From Eledone cirrhosa (taxonomy: Eukaryota), in assembly GCA_964016885.1 (NCBI GenBank), contig OZ024740.1, positions 181,660,001 through 181,724,000 on the forward strand: a stretch of DNA of 64,000 nt, read 5' to 3'. This document shows positions 1 to 12,056 of the stretch, one piece after another. Below the pieces are notes generated by a model, which was not told the origin of the DNA, did no database searches, and saw only the letters and a list, made by a program, of their open reading frames with translations. Made by a program: the position numbers and the translations under genes. How positions within the stretch are numbered: the first letter of the stretch is position 1; each line of letters starts with the position of its first letter.

Positions 1-534
1 CAAATTTCTAAGAATTTAAATTCGGTGAAATCGTGAACGAGAGAATAAAGACCATCAAACCTGGTTGAAATGTGAGCAAGGAAGGAATTTCGCACAGGTC
101 TAACGGGAGGAAGAAGGGGTCTGGTCTGCGAATTCGGTAAACATAAGTTCTGTGAAATCGTAGACGAGAGAGAGAAAAAATGCATACCAGCTTTGCCAGC
201 GTGCGGGAGAAAAGAATTACACGCAGGTCAAACGGGAAGAAAGAGGAGGAGGAGAGTTAGTGACAGAGAGAGAGAGACTGCTAGAAAGGGTAAAGATACA
301 TAGATCGAAAAAGACATGTAGCAGCAGAGGAAAAAATATGTGTAAATATGAAAATAAGGGCGCTGCGGAGTTGCAAATGGGTTACATATGAAAAAAGTTT
401 GTCCTTCATCAGTGATCTTCCAACCATCATAGGCATTTCATCGCTTTAAAGACCATATACCTCCGGTTGGTGCGAGCAACGGCTAAAAAAAGACGTTGGG
501 ACACGTAAATAAAGGGGACGCTAGGGTAAACAAA

Positions 535-535
<1 letters not shown>
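1..535 (-). repeat. Dispersed non-coding repeat, second copy at 42105-42460 (+); possibly a Penelope-like terminal region
   Basis: Reverse complement of ~10-115 and ~360-480 matches 42110-42215 and 42335-42455 (e.g. ggttggaagatcactgatgaaggac). Internal ~130-bp duplication. Confidence 0.6.
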
Positions 536-569
<34 letters not shown>

Positions 570-862
570 TATATATATATATATAGATATGTAAAATCTG
601 AGATAACATATTAATGAGTTTATGCTCACACAAACAAACACACACATACACACACACATACACACACTAATATAATCAATATGACAAAAGAGCTGATGAT
701 CCGAATAAGGTGAAACAATTTGTTCTTGGCAAGATGAACAATATGTTGAGGAACTACTTATATATCTATCTTATAAAGAAATATATATATATATATTGCA
801 TGAAATATATATATATATAGCATGGCCTCAGCCGGATGCCTGGAACGTGTAAAAGAGTAAAA

Positions 863-917
<55 letters not shown>

Positions 918-1079
918 GAAATATATACAAGCTTGTAAAATTTGAAACACAGAGTCAACAAATGTTAAATGATGAAGATGATAACGATATACATATATAT
1001 GTGTGTATATATCTATATATAAATACATATATATAAATTCTATAAAATGTACACAATGCAGATCTTGGGTACACAAGAA

Positions 1080-1830
1080 ATGTAGTGGGATAGCAAGCAA
1101 ACGAACAGTTAGGGAAAACTACACATGCAGTTGATGTACAGGGACATCTGACACTAGAAGTCGCAGTGATAACACATTTCTCAAATGCAGGTAGGATCTA
1201 TAGAAGTCGTTGATAGCTTCTGATACTTAGGTGATCAGATTAGCAAGGGAAGATAGTTCTCCGAGGCCATAGTATCTAGAATAAGGGTGGGCTGGAAGAA
1301 GTTTAGGGAGCTGCTTCCTCTGTTGACAAAGAAGGGTTTCTCCTACGAACGAAAGGCCAGTTATATGATGCCTGTGTGAGATGCGCGATGTTACACGGTA
1401 GTGAGACATGGGCAGCAACTGCGGAGGATAGGCGACGGGTGGAGAGAAATGAAGCAAGCATGCTCCGTTGGATGTGCAATGTCAATGTGCGTGAATGACT
1501 AAGCATAGATGAGTTGTGAGAGAAGCTGTGTATAAGAGGGATAAGTTGTAGTGTGCGGTAGTGTTGACTGCGTTGGTATGGATATGTGATGTGCATTGAG
1601 GATGACCGTTGTGTAAAGAAGTGCCAAGAAATCCCAGTAGTAGGAATAAGCAGTAGAGGAAGACAACGAAAAACATGGGCGGATGTGGTGAGAGCAGACT
1701 TCAGATATCTGAAGCTCATATAGCAAATGACAAAGACCGGGATAAATGGAGAGATGCTATGCTGAATAGGACCCGTCCCACCCTTGCCAGCAGGGAAAAG
1801 TGGACGTAAAATGATGATGATGATGATGAT
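1080..1830 (+). mobile_element. Decayed 3' fragment of RTE LINE (family with (GAT)n tail)
   Basis: Frameshifted MLHGSETW and ERNEASMLRWMCNV remnants; ends ggaaaagtggacgtaaaatgatgatgat. A second, more decayed copy follows at ~1850-2255. Confidence 0.85.
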
Positions 1831-3084
1831 AAATATACACAACTGTGGGATGCCTTTGTGCAAAGTGTGATGGTGCAGTGACTGCAGAAGAAACGTGTGG
1901 TCTGGAGAGAAATAAAGAAGCCCTGCTTCCTTGGATGTGCAACGTAAATGTGAGAGAAATGCTGAGCTTGGATGAACTGAGGGAGAATCTGTGTTAAAGA
2001 GGAATCTAAGGTGGTGTGCAAGAGAGAAAGCTGTCTTGGTATGGGCATGTGATGCGCATAAAATGTGATTGATGGGTGAAGATGAGTCAGGAAATCGACT
2101 GGAAGGAAGTCGCAGTAGACGTAGACTGAGAAAAACCGGATGTGTTGAGAGCTGAACTCAAATCACTGTGGAGAGATGTTGTGCTGAGAAGGACCCATCC
2201 AACCCATGCAACCATGGAAAAACTGACATAAAAACGACGATGACGATGATGATGATATATAAATAAATCGATAGATAAATGGATGGATAGATATATTGTT
2301 TTTTAAAATTTGCATTCTTCTATATTTTCCAAACATGAAAATATATTCAAAATATTTATTGACTATAATATAAAGACTACAAAATTGAAATATTCATATG
2401 GAAACAGTTTTCAGTTTCAGTATTGACTTCTTTTTGAAAACTGTGAATTGTAGGTGTTAGGTCATTGATTTTTTTTTTCCTGAGTAAAATTTAATAATTC
2501 ATCTTCAATATTGGTTTCACTGACTAAATGGTGTTCAATATGTTTAACATATTTCACCTTATTTTATTTAATCTTATCACAAAACTGATATTACTGATAT
2601 AATGTTTGATAATCATAGTTATTTATTAAACTAATAAAAATAAGACTAACAATATTTGTAAAGCATCAGTTAATAATTATCGATATCATTATAAAAACCA
2701 AGTATCTTGTGTGCGTGTATATGTATATGTACATGATAGTGTGGAATAGAGAGAGAGAATTCATATTTGTAATTTGTGTGTATATATAACTGGTCACACA
2801 CTTAGGTTGTAATAACTTCTATTTTTTCAATTGTAATGTGTTTGTATGCATATGTATAGTTGTTTGGTAATAGATGGCGCTTTACAGTAAAATCATGTGC
2901 AAGTTTCTTCTATTATAGACTTGTGTTGACCAATGGCAACATATATATATAAATATATAATGCCCAGTTTTTGAATTAACACACACACACACACACACAC
3001 AAAGATATATATCATCATCATCATTATCATTGTCTTTTGTACAACTGTTTTCCACTGTTGCATGGCTTGGATACCTGCTTCCCA

Positions 3085-3310
<226 letters not shown>

Positions 3311-3330
3311 TATATATATATATATATATT

Positions 3331-3402
<72 letters not shown>

Positions 3403-3526
3403 TATATTGTTATACTTTGGGAGGGTCATGTTGCCAATAAGAAACTCGTGTGTTGAAACCGATATTGTTATACTTTGGGAGGGTCATGTTGCTAAACAAA
3501 TTCAGAAACGAAATATATATATATAG

Positions 3527-3882
3527 TTGAAGACTAAAATCCCAAGAGGGCTCGATAAGGGTAAATATATATCAAATATATAAGAACCGTAGAGCAAATA
3601 TTTATTAAAATAACAGATTAAAATTTATGCAAAGAATCGCTGCTTTCACCCTTAACGGGATCTTCTCAAACTAACTAATTCAATCTGTGAACGCAGAAGT
3701 GAATATCGACTTCTGCGTTCACAGATTGACTTTGTTAGTTTCAGAAGATCCCGTTAAGGGTGAAAGCAGCGATTCTTTGCTTAAACTTTAATCTGTTATT
3801 TTAATAAATATTTGCTCTACGGTTCTTATATATTTGATATATATTTACCCTTATCGAGCCCTCTTGGGATTTTAGTCTTCAA
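3527..3882. repeat. ~356-bp near-perfect palindrome (fold-back element)
   Basis: ttgaagactaaaatcccaagagggctcg... mirrors ...cgagccctcttgggattttagtcttcaa; 8-nt centre gaatatcg at 3701-3708. Confidence 0.92.
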
Positions 3883-4052
3883 ATTTATTATTATTACTAT
3901 ATATATATATATACATATTATTCAGAATATTAATAAATGAAGACATTCACATAATCAAAATATATGTTTTATTATATATATATTTCGGTGGTGTATGGAC
4001 TATAATATATGCTATCTAAATTATCTATTCCTCTCTCTGTATATATATATAT

Positions 4053-4240
4053 GGTGGTGAATTGGCATTATAGGTAGAGAGTCGGACGCCATGCTTTGCA
4101 GCACAGTTACGTCCCTTTACGGACTGAGTTAAAATCCCGCCGAGGTTAACTTTGCCTTTCATCCTTACGGTGTCGATAAAATAAAGTACCAGTAATCCAC
4201 TGGGTATTTGCTGGCCTTGTGCCACAAGTAGAAACAATTA
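4053..4240 (+). mobile_element. tRNA-derived SINE, family A
   Basis: A/B-box-like head, core gaggttaactttgcctttcatccttacgg..tcgataaaataaagtaccag, tail ggccttgtgcc..aagtagaaacaatta; about 10 or more copies in the window. Confidence 0.8.
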
Positions 4241-4396
4241 TATATATTTCGAAGGTACTGTGCTGTTTTTTTCAGATAAAATACATGAATTGTTTTATGA
4301 CATTCTTCAACGGTCTTGATGGTTCAATTCCAGTATTGCCAATACTGGAATTGAACCATCAAGACCGTTGGGGTATGTCATACATCATTTCATGTA

Positions 4397-4458
4397 TTTT
4401 ATCTGACGAGGACGTACTGAAAAAACAGCACAGTACGTTCGAAATATATATAATAAAA
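4397..4458 (+). ncRNA. Type I hammerhead ribozyme motif
   Basis: Stem I ttttat/ataaaa; core CTGACGA (4403-4409); 10-bp stem II ggacgtactg/cagtacgttc; GAAA (4441-4444); palindromic stem III atatatat; predicted cleavage after AUA at 4452. Confidence 0.85.
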
Positions 4459-4601
4459 CCTATATTTTGATTGTGTGAATGTCTTCATTTATTAATATTC
4501 TGAATAATATTAATAACTCCAGAAAACCTTTTTGTAGAGTGCTTTTAATCTATTTTAAAACTATATTCATTAAGTAATCAATGGACCATATTCAACTTTG
4601 G

Positions 4602-4658
<57 letters not shown>

Positions 4659-4769
4659 TAAGAGGAATTCCAACTTTGTCTGATTTACTCGTTTTATTTA
4701 CAATCCTTTAAATGTATAATGGTATTATAATGAAATAGTATGATAGAATATTAAATTCTAAGTGTTAAT

Positions 4770-4808
4770 TGAACAAGTACTTTCATGCTTTCGCAATATT
4801 CAGGTTCA
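4770..4808 (-). ncRNA. Minimal type I hammerhead motif with one core substitution
   Basis: Minus strand: tgaac CTGAATA t tgc gaaa gca t GAAA gtac TT gttca. 5-bp stem I, GAAA-tetraloop stem II, palindromic stem III agtact; G8 replaced by T. Confidence 0.65.
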
Positions 4809-4937
4809 TAATATGTGGTGACAGTCAAGTTTGCAATACATATATATACATAAATATATATATAAATATATATATAAATATATATATTATTCAAAATGTT
4901 AACAGATGAAAAATATTTGCATAATCAAAATATATAC

Positions 4938-4997
4938 TTTATTATATATATTTCAGAGGTACTGTATTGTTTTTTCAGTACGTGCTCATCAGCAAAA
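4938..4997 (-). ncRNA. Hammerhead motif, same family as 4397-4458, slightly decayed
   Basis: Minus strand: ttttg CTGATGA gcacgtactg aaaaaacaata cagtacctct GAAA tatata TA ataaag. Confidence 0.7.
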
Positions 4998-5120
4998 TAT
5001 ATGATTTGATATATGACCGCTACGGTCTTGAGTATTCAGTTCCAGTATTGACTGCCAATACTGGAATTGATTAATCAAGACCGTGGTGGTATGTCGTATA
5101 TGACATCATATATTTGGTAT

Positions 5121-5162
5121 CTGAAGAATACCGACAGTGTGAAACAGAGATATGTCAGCTTA
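5121..5162 (+). ncRNA. Hammerhead motif, first copy of 318-bp repeat; 5' strand of stem I replaced by neighbouring element
   Basis: CTGAAGA atac cgaca gtgt GAAA ca gagata tg TC agctta; GUC cleavage triplet ends at 5156. Confidence 0.7.
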
Positions 5163-5432
5163 TCTCCCTTTGTTTGTTGAAATAAGAAGTAAGTGAAATA
5201 GTCACTAGTTTAAAACAATAGCGCAAGGTCTTCAAAATGCTTTTGATTAAGCATACAGTGTATTACCAAATACACTATATATACATTCATTTATACATCG
5301 CTATTTCAGAGAACTAATTCTAATTTTCAATTTTTGCTGGGCTGGCAAGCGCTCTGTATAATCCGTTCCTGATTATTACTGGAATTCTATAAGAAACCAA
5401 CATTCATAACTTTCATCAAACAAAGTGAATGC

Positions 5433-5480
5433 TAAGCTCTGAGGAATACCAACAGTATGAAACGAAGATCTGTCAGCTTA
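5433..5480 (+). ncRNA. Type I hammerhead ribozyme motif
   Basis: taagct CTGAGGA atac caaca gtat GAAA c gaagatct g TC agctta: 6-bp stem I, 4-bp stem II, canonical GUC site at 5474. Confidence 0.85.
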
Positions 5481-5562
5481 TCTCGCTTTGTTTGTTGAAA
5501 AAAGAAGTAAGTGACATAGTCACTCCTTTAAAACAATAGTGTAAATTCTTCAAAATGCTTTT

Positions 5563-6260
5563 AATCGTCGCCCTTTTGTTCAACACAGACACAGGAACGA
5601 TGTACTAGTTTCAAGCTTATTAGTGTCAGTGTTAAACAAAAGGGCGACGATGGTTGCCGAGCACTGTACGGCGTAATTCGGGCTGTCGTTTTACAAACAA
5701 ACCGAACATTGTAATGAATGTTCGGTCAACCCATATGTACATATATATATGTGTGCATGTATGTATATATATATACATACTACTGTGCGTCTGTACACAT
5801 ATATGTATGTACGTATGCATACTTATATTTAGGTATCAGCCGTACTAAGAGTGAGAAATGAAATTTCATTTCATTCTTTTCCATTTATCGTTTTCGGTAT
5901 GCCCGGCCGACTAGCTCACTCGATATGCAAATTAGGCTACTCAGCCGTTAATATGCATAAGGAAAGTATATACTTTCAGACGTTCAATCATTTGCCGGGA
6001 AGGTATACGATGCTGACAATAGTTAATAAGCTTGAAACTAGTACATCATTACTCTGTCAGTGTTGAACAAAAGGTCGACGATGGTTGCCGAGCACTGTAC
6101 GGCGTGATTCGGCTGTTTGTTTACAAACAAACCGAACATTGTAATGAATGTTCGGTAAACCCATACGTACATATATATATGTGTGCATGTATGTATATAT
6201 ATACATACTACTGTCAGCCTGTACACATATATCTATGTACGTACACATACTTATATAGTA
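5563..6260 (+). repeat. ~430-bp hammerhead-containing tandem repeat (~1.5 units plus short inverted leader); same family as 57890-59115
   Basis: 5624-5830 recurs at ~6055-6255. HHR-like gatg CTGACAA tagtt aata agctt GAAA ctag TA catc at 6009-6047. Inverted partial copy at 5563-5622. Confidence 0.8.
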
Positions 6261-6295
6261 TATATATATACATTCCTATATACATATATATATGA

Positions 6296-6400
<105 letters not shown>

Positions 6401-6462
6401 TTTATGTACATATATATATATATATATATAAAGATATATATATATATATATATATGTAAGTT

Positions 6463-6501
<39 letters not shown>

Positions 6502-6689
6502 ATAGATATATATGTATATATATACATATATATATATAAATATTTATATGTATATGTATATATATATATATGTGATGCGTGTATCAATGTTTATATATAT
6601 ATATATGGGCATATTTATATACATATATATTTATATATATATATAAGTATATATTATATGTATATGTATATATGTATGTATATATATAT

Positions 6690-9600
6690 ATATCTATCTA
6701 TCTAAGGCGGGTAAAATTCCCGAGATCCATGGACGAGTTCTCTCCAGCGGTCTCTGTCCCTCATAATCGCTGCCATGTCCTGCGTCTCCAACAGACCAGT
6801 GTCTGTCCTTAGGGCATCAACATATGTTAACCTTGGTCTTCCTCTTCCAGTGTGTCCATGTAGGGGCTCCCAAAGGAGCACGGAGTGCAATGTCAACTCT
6901 GGATGTCGGTGAGCATGTCCAGCCAACCTCAGTCTCCTCTGTGTCACTTTTGAGCTGACTTTTGGGAGGCTCCCATACAGCTCTGAGTTTTTCATCCTCA
7001 GTGTATACTGATTAATGTTCAGAGCCATCCTCAGCATTCTCGTGTAGCACCCATCCACCATCTGAGTGAGTCTCTTGGTCAGTGTCCAAGTCTCAGACCC
7101 ATACAGCAGCACAGACTCCACTACAGCAATGAAGAGGCGGATTTTCAGGTCTCTACGAAGGTCCGACTTCCACACCGATCTCAAGCTGTGGCACGCCGCC
7201 CAGGCCTTGCTCTTCCTCTCAACCACATCATCTTCCGTATTCCCAATCTTTGCTCCCAAATACAGGAAGTCCTCAACCAATTCCAGCGGCTTCCCGCCTA
7301 CATTAGTGATCCCCTCTGGCTTCTCAACATTCTCTACCAGATATTTTGTTTTAGTCTCATTCATTCTCAGCCCCACACTCATCGACACAGTCTCAACCTC
7401 CCGCATCAAATCCTCTGCCTCCTTCACTGTATTTGTCACCAAAACTATGTCGTCGGCAAATTCAGCATCCGATACCTTTTTCGCCCCAACTCTCCTGCTC
7501 TGAGCCGGTGCTACAGTAAAGCCAGAGTCCTGGTGTTTCTCCAGTGCAAGGCGCATACAATAGTCCACTACGATGATAAAAAGGTAGGGAGCCAATGTAT
7601 CTCCCTGGAGCACTCCAGCCAGTATCTCAAAGAACTCTGTCATCCCATCAGGTGTAATGACTTGGGCTTTGGTGTTGGTGTAGAGCAGTGATATCAGGTC
7701 CACTATCCTCTTGGGGATTCCATAAGCCTGTAAGATCTTCATCAGGCAGTAACGGTCCACAGAATCAAAGGCCTTCCTAAAGTCAATGAAAACCATGACC
7801 GCAGGAAGGCACTTTGCTCTAGCTCCCTCTAATATCCTCCTCAGCATCAGGATGTGACTGGTGGTTGATCTACCCTCTCTGAAGCCGTTCTGGTTGTCCC
7901 TGAGCTTCTTCTCCATCTCAGGCTGGATCCTGTTAAGAATCATCCTGTTGAGGGTCTTTGCCACAAGTGACGTCAGTGAGATCCCCCGGTAGTTGTTGGT
8001 GTTAGAGAGATCTCCCTTCTTTGGCACTGGGACGATGTTACTGATCCTCCACTGATTCGGGGCAACTCCTTTCTCCAGTGCCCCGTTACAGAACCCCAGG
8101 ATGATATCATCAAAATCACACCACTTCATCACCTCTGATGCTACTCCATCTTCTCCATGAGCCTTGCCCTCCTTGATCTTCTTCTTGGCTCTCTGAAGCT
8201 CCTCTCTGGTGAAGGGCTCTGTCTCAACATCCAGTTCCTCAAACAGCCGCCTGATCTCCCCAGTGCTCTGGGCTGTGGAGGGTGGCTCTCCTAGTAGGGT
8301 CCTAAAATGGTCTAGCCATTTCCTCTTCCTATCCTCGGGCCCCGTTCCCTGGATCTGACTCGAACACCTTTTCTTCCTCCCTGTGATCTCGTTGATGATC
8401 ATCCAGCTCTCCTTACATCCAGATCTGTCAACCGCTCTCTCCACACTTCTGATCTTCTCTATCAGTGCCTCCTCTCTGACCTCAGTGTAAGCGGTACAGA
8501 GCTCTTCCCTCATCACCTCCACAGTCTCCATCCTCTCCTCCGTAGGATCAGCATAGAATTGGTCCCTGGCAGCTTTCAGGTGTTCTCTGGCTGCACACAC
8601 TTTTGGGTCTGCAGAGCTGACGTGCTTCCCTTTGTTCTTTTTCCTCGGCACCAGGGTTTCACTTGCTTTCGCCACTGCATTGGTGAAGTGCCCGTACCTC
8701 CTCGTCACACTCTCCTCAGTCCATCCAATCTCTCTCTCCTCTGACTCTCCACACAGAGCACTAAACCTGTTTCTCACTTCCACTGTGAACCTCTCCTGTA
8801 GCTTATCATCTTCCTTGAAAGCTCCCCAGTCATAGATTGTTCTCCGGGGCTGAGCCTTGCTCTTTCTTAAGCTCACGCGGACCTCACTCATAACAAGCCG
8901 GTGGTCATTACCCAGTGTACTGAAATAGCTGTATGGTTCCGTGTTCAGAACACTATTCCGCCACTTTTTCCTCACCAGAATGAAATCAATCTGGGACTTG
9001 GACAGGTGCACATCTGAGATGTAGGTCCACATCTTCCCCAGATTCTTCCTAAACCTTAGGTTGGTCGCCATCAAGTTCGCCTCCAGCAGGGTGTCTCTCA
9101 GTAGTCTTCCATTTCGGTTGGTGTTGTTATGGAAGTACCAGCAAGGATCTTCACTGCCCTCCTTACTCAGATGTGCATTGAAGTCCCCCAAAACAAGCAG
9201 GATATTGTGTGCCTGAGTGGTGTTGACAGCTCTACACACTTCCTCATGGAACTCCTCGGCATTCACATCACTGTCCCCCTCGGTTGGACTATAGGCTGAG
9301 ATGACTGTCAGTCTTGGGTTTCCATTGAAGGTCACCCTCAACACTCGCGGGGAGAGAGGCATTATTTCCCTCACCAACAGATTGGTTTTTGCACTGAACA
9401 CAAAACCCACTCCTCCTACTGCAGCATTTGTTGTGTTCTTCACTGCCGATGTAGTGATGAGCTGGCTCTTCCTCCCTATCATCACACTCCTCACGGGCTC
9501 ATCGTGTAGAATCCTGTGTTCTTGGATCGCAAGTATCTGTATACCACTCTCCTCGAACAGATGTCCCAACTCCTCTCTCTTCTCCAGCGTTCGAATAGTC

Positions 9601-10007
9601 CTCACATTCAAAGTGCCCATTTTGATGGCTCTTCTGCAGGACAAAACTGCATTCTTTATATTTGTCTCAGAGACAGCTGATCCATCATCCACTGGCCCTC
9701 TCTGTGGCTCTAAGCCAGCAGAGTCATAACGACCAGGCTGCTCCTTGACAGTGTAATTAGGGGCTCTAACCCTAGTGCTGTTAGATCGACTCTTCATATT
9801 TCTTTTCAATGGCTGACAATACCTTACCGGCGCCACTCGAATAAGGTAGTTATTTAACCCATAAATGGAGCCCTAACAGGTACTACCACCCCGGGCCAGG
9901 GCAGACCTGGGAGTCATGACAACTAAGGGGTAACTCCATATTCCCCACATCTCCTGAACTCCCGAACTGGAGCCTTGCCACTGGATGTAGTTTAATGTCA
10001 TACCCAA

Positions 10008-10010
<3 letters not shown>
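6690..10010 (-). mobile_element. Apparently full-length RTE LINE: ~200-nt 5' UTR, single ORF, (TAGA)n tail, inserted in (TA)n
   Basis: GC-rich block ends sharply at (TA)n on both sides. On the minus strand the stop codon runs directly into TAGATAGATAGAT. Confidence 0.85.
6702..9836 (-). CDS. Intact RTE-clade non-LTR retrotransposon ORF (APE endonuclease + reverse transcriptase)
   Basis: 1044-aa open frame (first ATG at 9797). APE motifs GTLNVRT, LAIQEHR, SAYSPT, LGDFNA, QIDFIL, NDHRLV. RT motifs [41 protein letters not shown]-type C-terminus LLYGSETW...RLRLAGH...GRGRP. Confidence 0.96.
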   Translation of the reverse strand: MAPVRYCQPLKRNMKSRSNSTRVRAPNYTVKEQPGRYDSAGLEPQRGPVDDGSAVSETNIKNAVLSCRRAIKMGTLNVRTIRTLEKREELGHLFEESGIQILAIQEHRILHDEPVRSVMIGRKSQLITTSAVKNTTNAAVGGVGFVFSAKTNLLVREIMPLSPRVLRVTFNGNPRLTVISAYSPTEGDSDVNAEEFHEEVCRAVNTTQAHNILLVLGDFNAHLSKEGSEDPCWYFHNNTNRNGRLLRDTLLEANLMATNLRFRKNLGKMWTYISDVHLSKSQIDFILVRKKWRNSVLNTEPYSYFSTLGNDHRLVMSEVRVSLRKSKAQPRRTIYDWGAFKEDDKLQERFTVEVRNRFSALCGESEEREIGWTEESVTRRYGHFTNAVAKASETLVPRKKNKGKHVSSADPKVCAAREHLKAARDQFYADPTEERMETVEVMREELCTAYTEVREEALIEKIRSVERAVDRSGCKESWMIINEITGRKKRCSSQIQGTGPEDRKRKWLDHFRTLLGEPPSTAQSTGEIRRLFEELDVETEPFTREELQRAKKKIKEGKAHGEDGVASEVMKWCDFDDIILGFCNGALEKGVAPNQWRISNIVPVPKKGDLSNTNNYRGISLTSLVAKTLNRMILNRIQPEMEKKLRDNQNGFREGRSTTSHILMLRRILEGARAKCLPAVMVFIDFRKAFDSVDRYCLMKILQAYGIPKRIVDLISLLYTNTKAQVITPDGMTEFFEILAGVLQGDTLAPYLFIIVVDYCMRLALEKHQDSGFTVAPAQSRRVGAKKVSDAEFADDIVLVTNTVKEAEDLMREVETVSMSVGLRMNETKTKYLVENVEKPEGITNVGGKPLELVEDFLYLGAKIGNTEDDVVERKSKAWAACHSLRSVWKSDLRRDLKIRLFIAVVESVLLYGSETWTLTKRLTQMVDGCYTRMLRMALNINQYTLRMKNSELYGSLPKVSSKVTQRRLRLAGHAHRHPELTLHSVLLWEPLHGHTGRGRPRLTYVDALRTDTGLLETQDMAAIMRDRDRWRELVHGSREFYPP

Positions 10011-10615
<605 letters not shown>

Positions 10616-10679
10616 TGATGATATATATATATATACATACATATATATATATGCATTCATATATATATATATATATACA

Positions 10680-10734
<55 letters not shown>

Positions 10735-10742
10735 ATATATAT

Positions 10743-11928
10743 ATATTGTTATACTTGGGGAGGCTCGTATTGTTGTAAAAATATTGCCAGAATTAATAAC
10801 AGAACACACTCACTGTTTGGTTGGTTTTCGCTTCTGTATCTTTTATTTCAGTTAATTCATTCGGTCTTCAATGTTTACCGATTGACTGACTAACGGTCAA
10901 AAATACAGATATAATATAGATATAAACACATATATATAGTCTAACAAATTTCTTTCGTTGCACATCTGCAACATCGTCAGTGGTTTTATTATGTTCCTCC
11001 TGTTGTATTGTATATTTACGCCATCTTTATTTAATATGTTTATTTATTTATTCGTTTATTTTTGTTTTCTTCTTTGCATTTGCGTGTGTGTATAGTGTTT
11101 GGTGTGTGTTCGCGTTTGGGTGACTGTGTTTTGGTTATTGTATTCTATCTTAGTTTATTAGTGTGTGCTTATATGTGTTTGTTGTTATTGTGCTTGTGTA
11201 TATATTTATTTATTTATTTATTTATATTTCTCTTAGGTCAGTACTTTTGTTTGGATGTTGTTATTCCATTCATTTTTTCTGTTTAGCTTTGGCCTTCTAA
11301 TTTCTATTTCACTTGCCTCTCTGATTTGCTTATCTGCTGGGTCATTTCTATGTTTAAATATTATTTTCAATAGAACTTGTAAGGCCAAAGCTAAACAGAA
11401 AAAATAAATGGAATAACAACACCCAATCAAACAATACTGACCTATAAGAAATATAATTAAATAAATAAATATATACACAAGCACAATAACAACAAAAACA
11501 TATAAGCACACACGAGTAAACTAAGATAGAATACAATAACAGAAACACAGTCACCGAAACGCGAACACACACCAAACACAATACACACGCAAACGCATGC
11601 GCATAGAACAGAAATAAATAAATAAATAAACAGATTAAATAAATATGGCATAAATATAAACTACAACATGAGGAACATAATAGCACCACTGATGATGTTG
11701 CAGATGTGCAACGAATGACCTTTGTTAGACTATATATATATGTGTTTATATCTATATTATATCTGTAATCTTGACCGTTGGTCAGTCAATGGTAAACATT
11801 GAGGACCGAGTGAATTAACTGATATAACAGATAAAGAAGCGAAAACCAACCAAACAGTGAGTGTGTTCTGTTATTAATTCTGGCAATATTATTACAACTA
11901 TATGACCCTCCCCAAGTATAACAATATT
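10743..11928. mobile_element. Head-to-head inverted Penelope-like 3' ends (GIY-YIG C-terminus plus terminal repeat with HHR-like motif)
   Basis: 10743-11295 mirrors 11381-11928. The centre encodes (minus) KHRNDPADKQIREASEIEIRRPKLNRKNE. HHR-like motifs at 10941-10986 (-) and 11683-11726 (+). Homologous to 28660-29375. Confidence 0.8.
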
Positions 11929-12016
11929 TTTTCGACACACGATTTCATATAAAAAATTTCGCAACTCAAATGTATATATATATATGTTTATATATGTGTT
12001 ATATATATATATGTAC

Positions 12017-12056
<40 letters not shown>

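Larger units (their letters stand above)
3915..4510. repeat. Fold-back palindromic element carrying a hammerhead motif; left arm interrupted by a SINE-containing insertion
   Basis: Arms 3915-3986 plus 4237-4338 mirror 4340-4510; centre gtattg-c-caatac. attatatat..tttcg is duplicated either side of the insertion. Confidence 0.85.
5121..5563 (+). repeat. Tandem repeat, 318-bp unit delimited by hammerheads (retrozyme-like)
   Basis: 5121-5245 recurs at 5439-5563; predicted cleavage sites 5156 and 5474. Confidence 0.75.

Noticed and set aside
395-450. CTGATGA in the 1-535 / 42105-42460 repeat
   Set aside because: No GAAA or stems in the required positions in either copy.
685-730. CTGATGA tcc gaataa ggt GAAAC motif
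   Set aside because: Stem I pairs poorly; at best a decayed hammerhead, so not listed as a feature.
427-1100. YIYIYI / VCVC / THTH ORFs here and throughout the track
   Set aside because: Translations of (TA)n and (CA)n microsatellites.
5560-6260. CRISPR-like or prokaryotic array
   Set aside because: Long tandem units without unique spacers, eukaryotic context, no cas genes.
7066-9729. Plus-strand ORFs overlapping the RTE
   Set aside because: Antisense shadows of the RT ORF.
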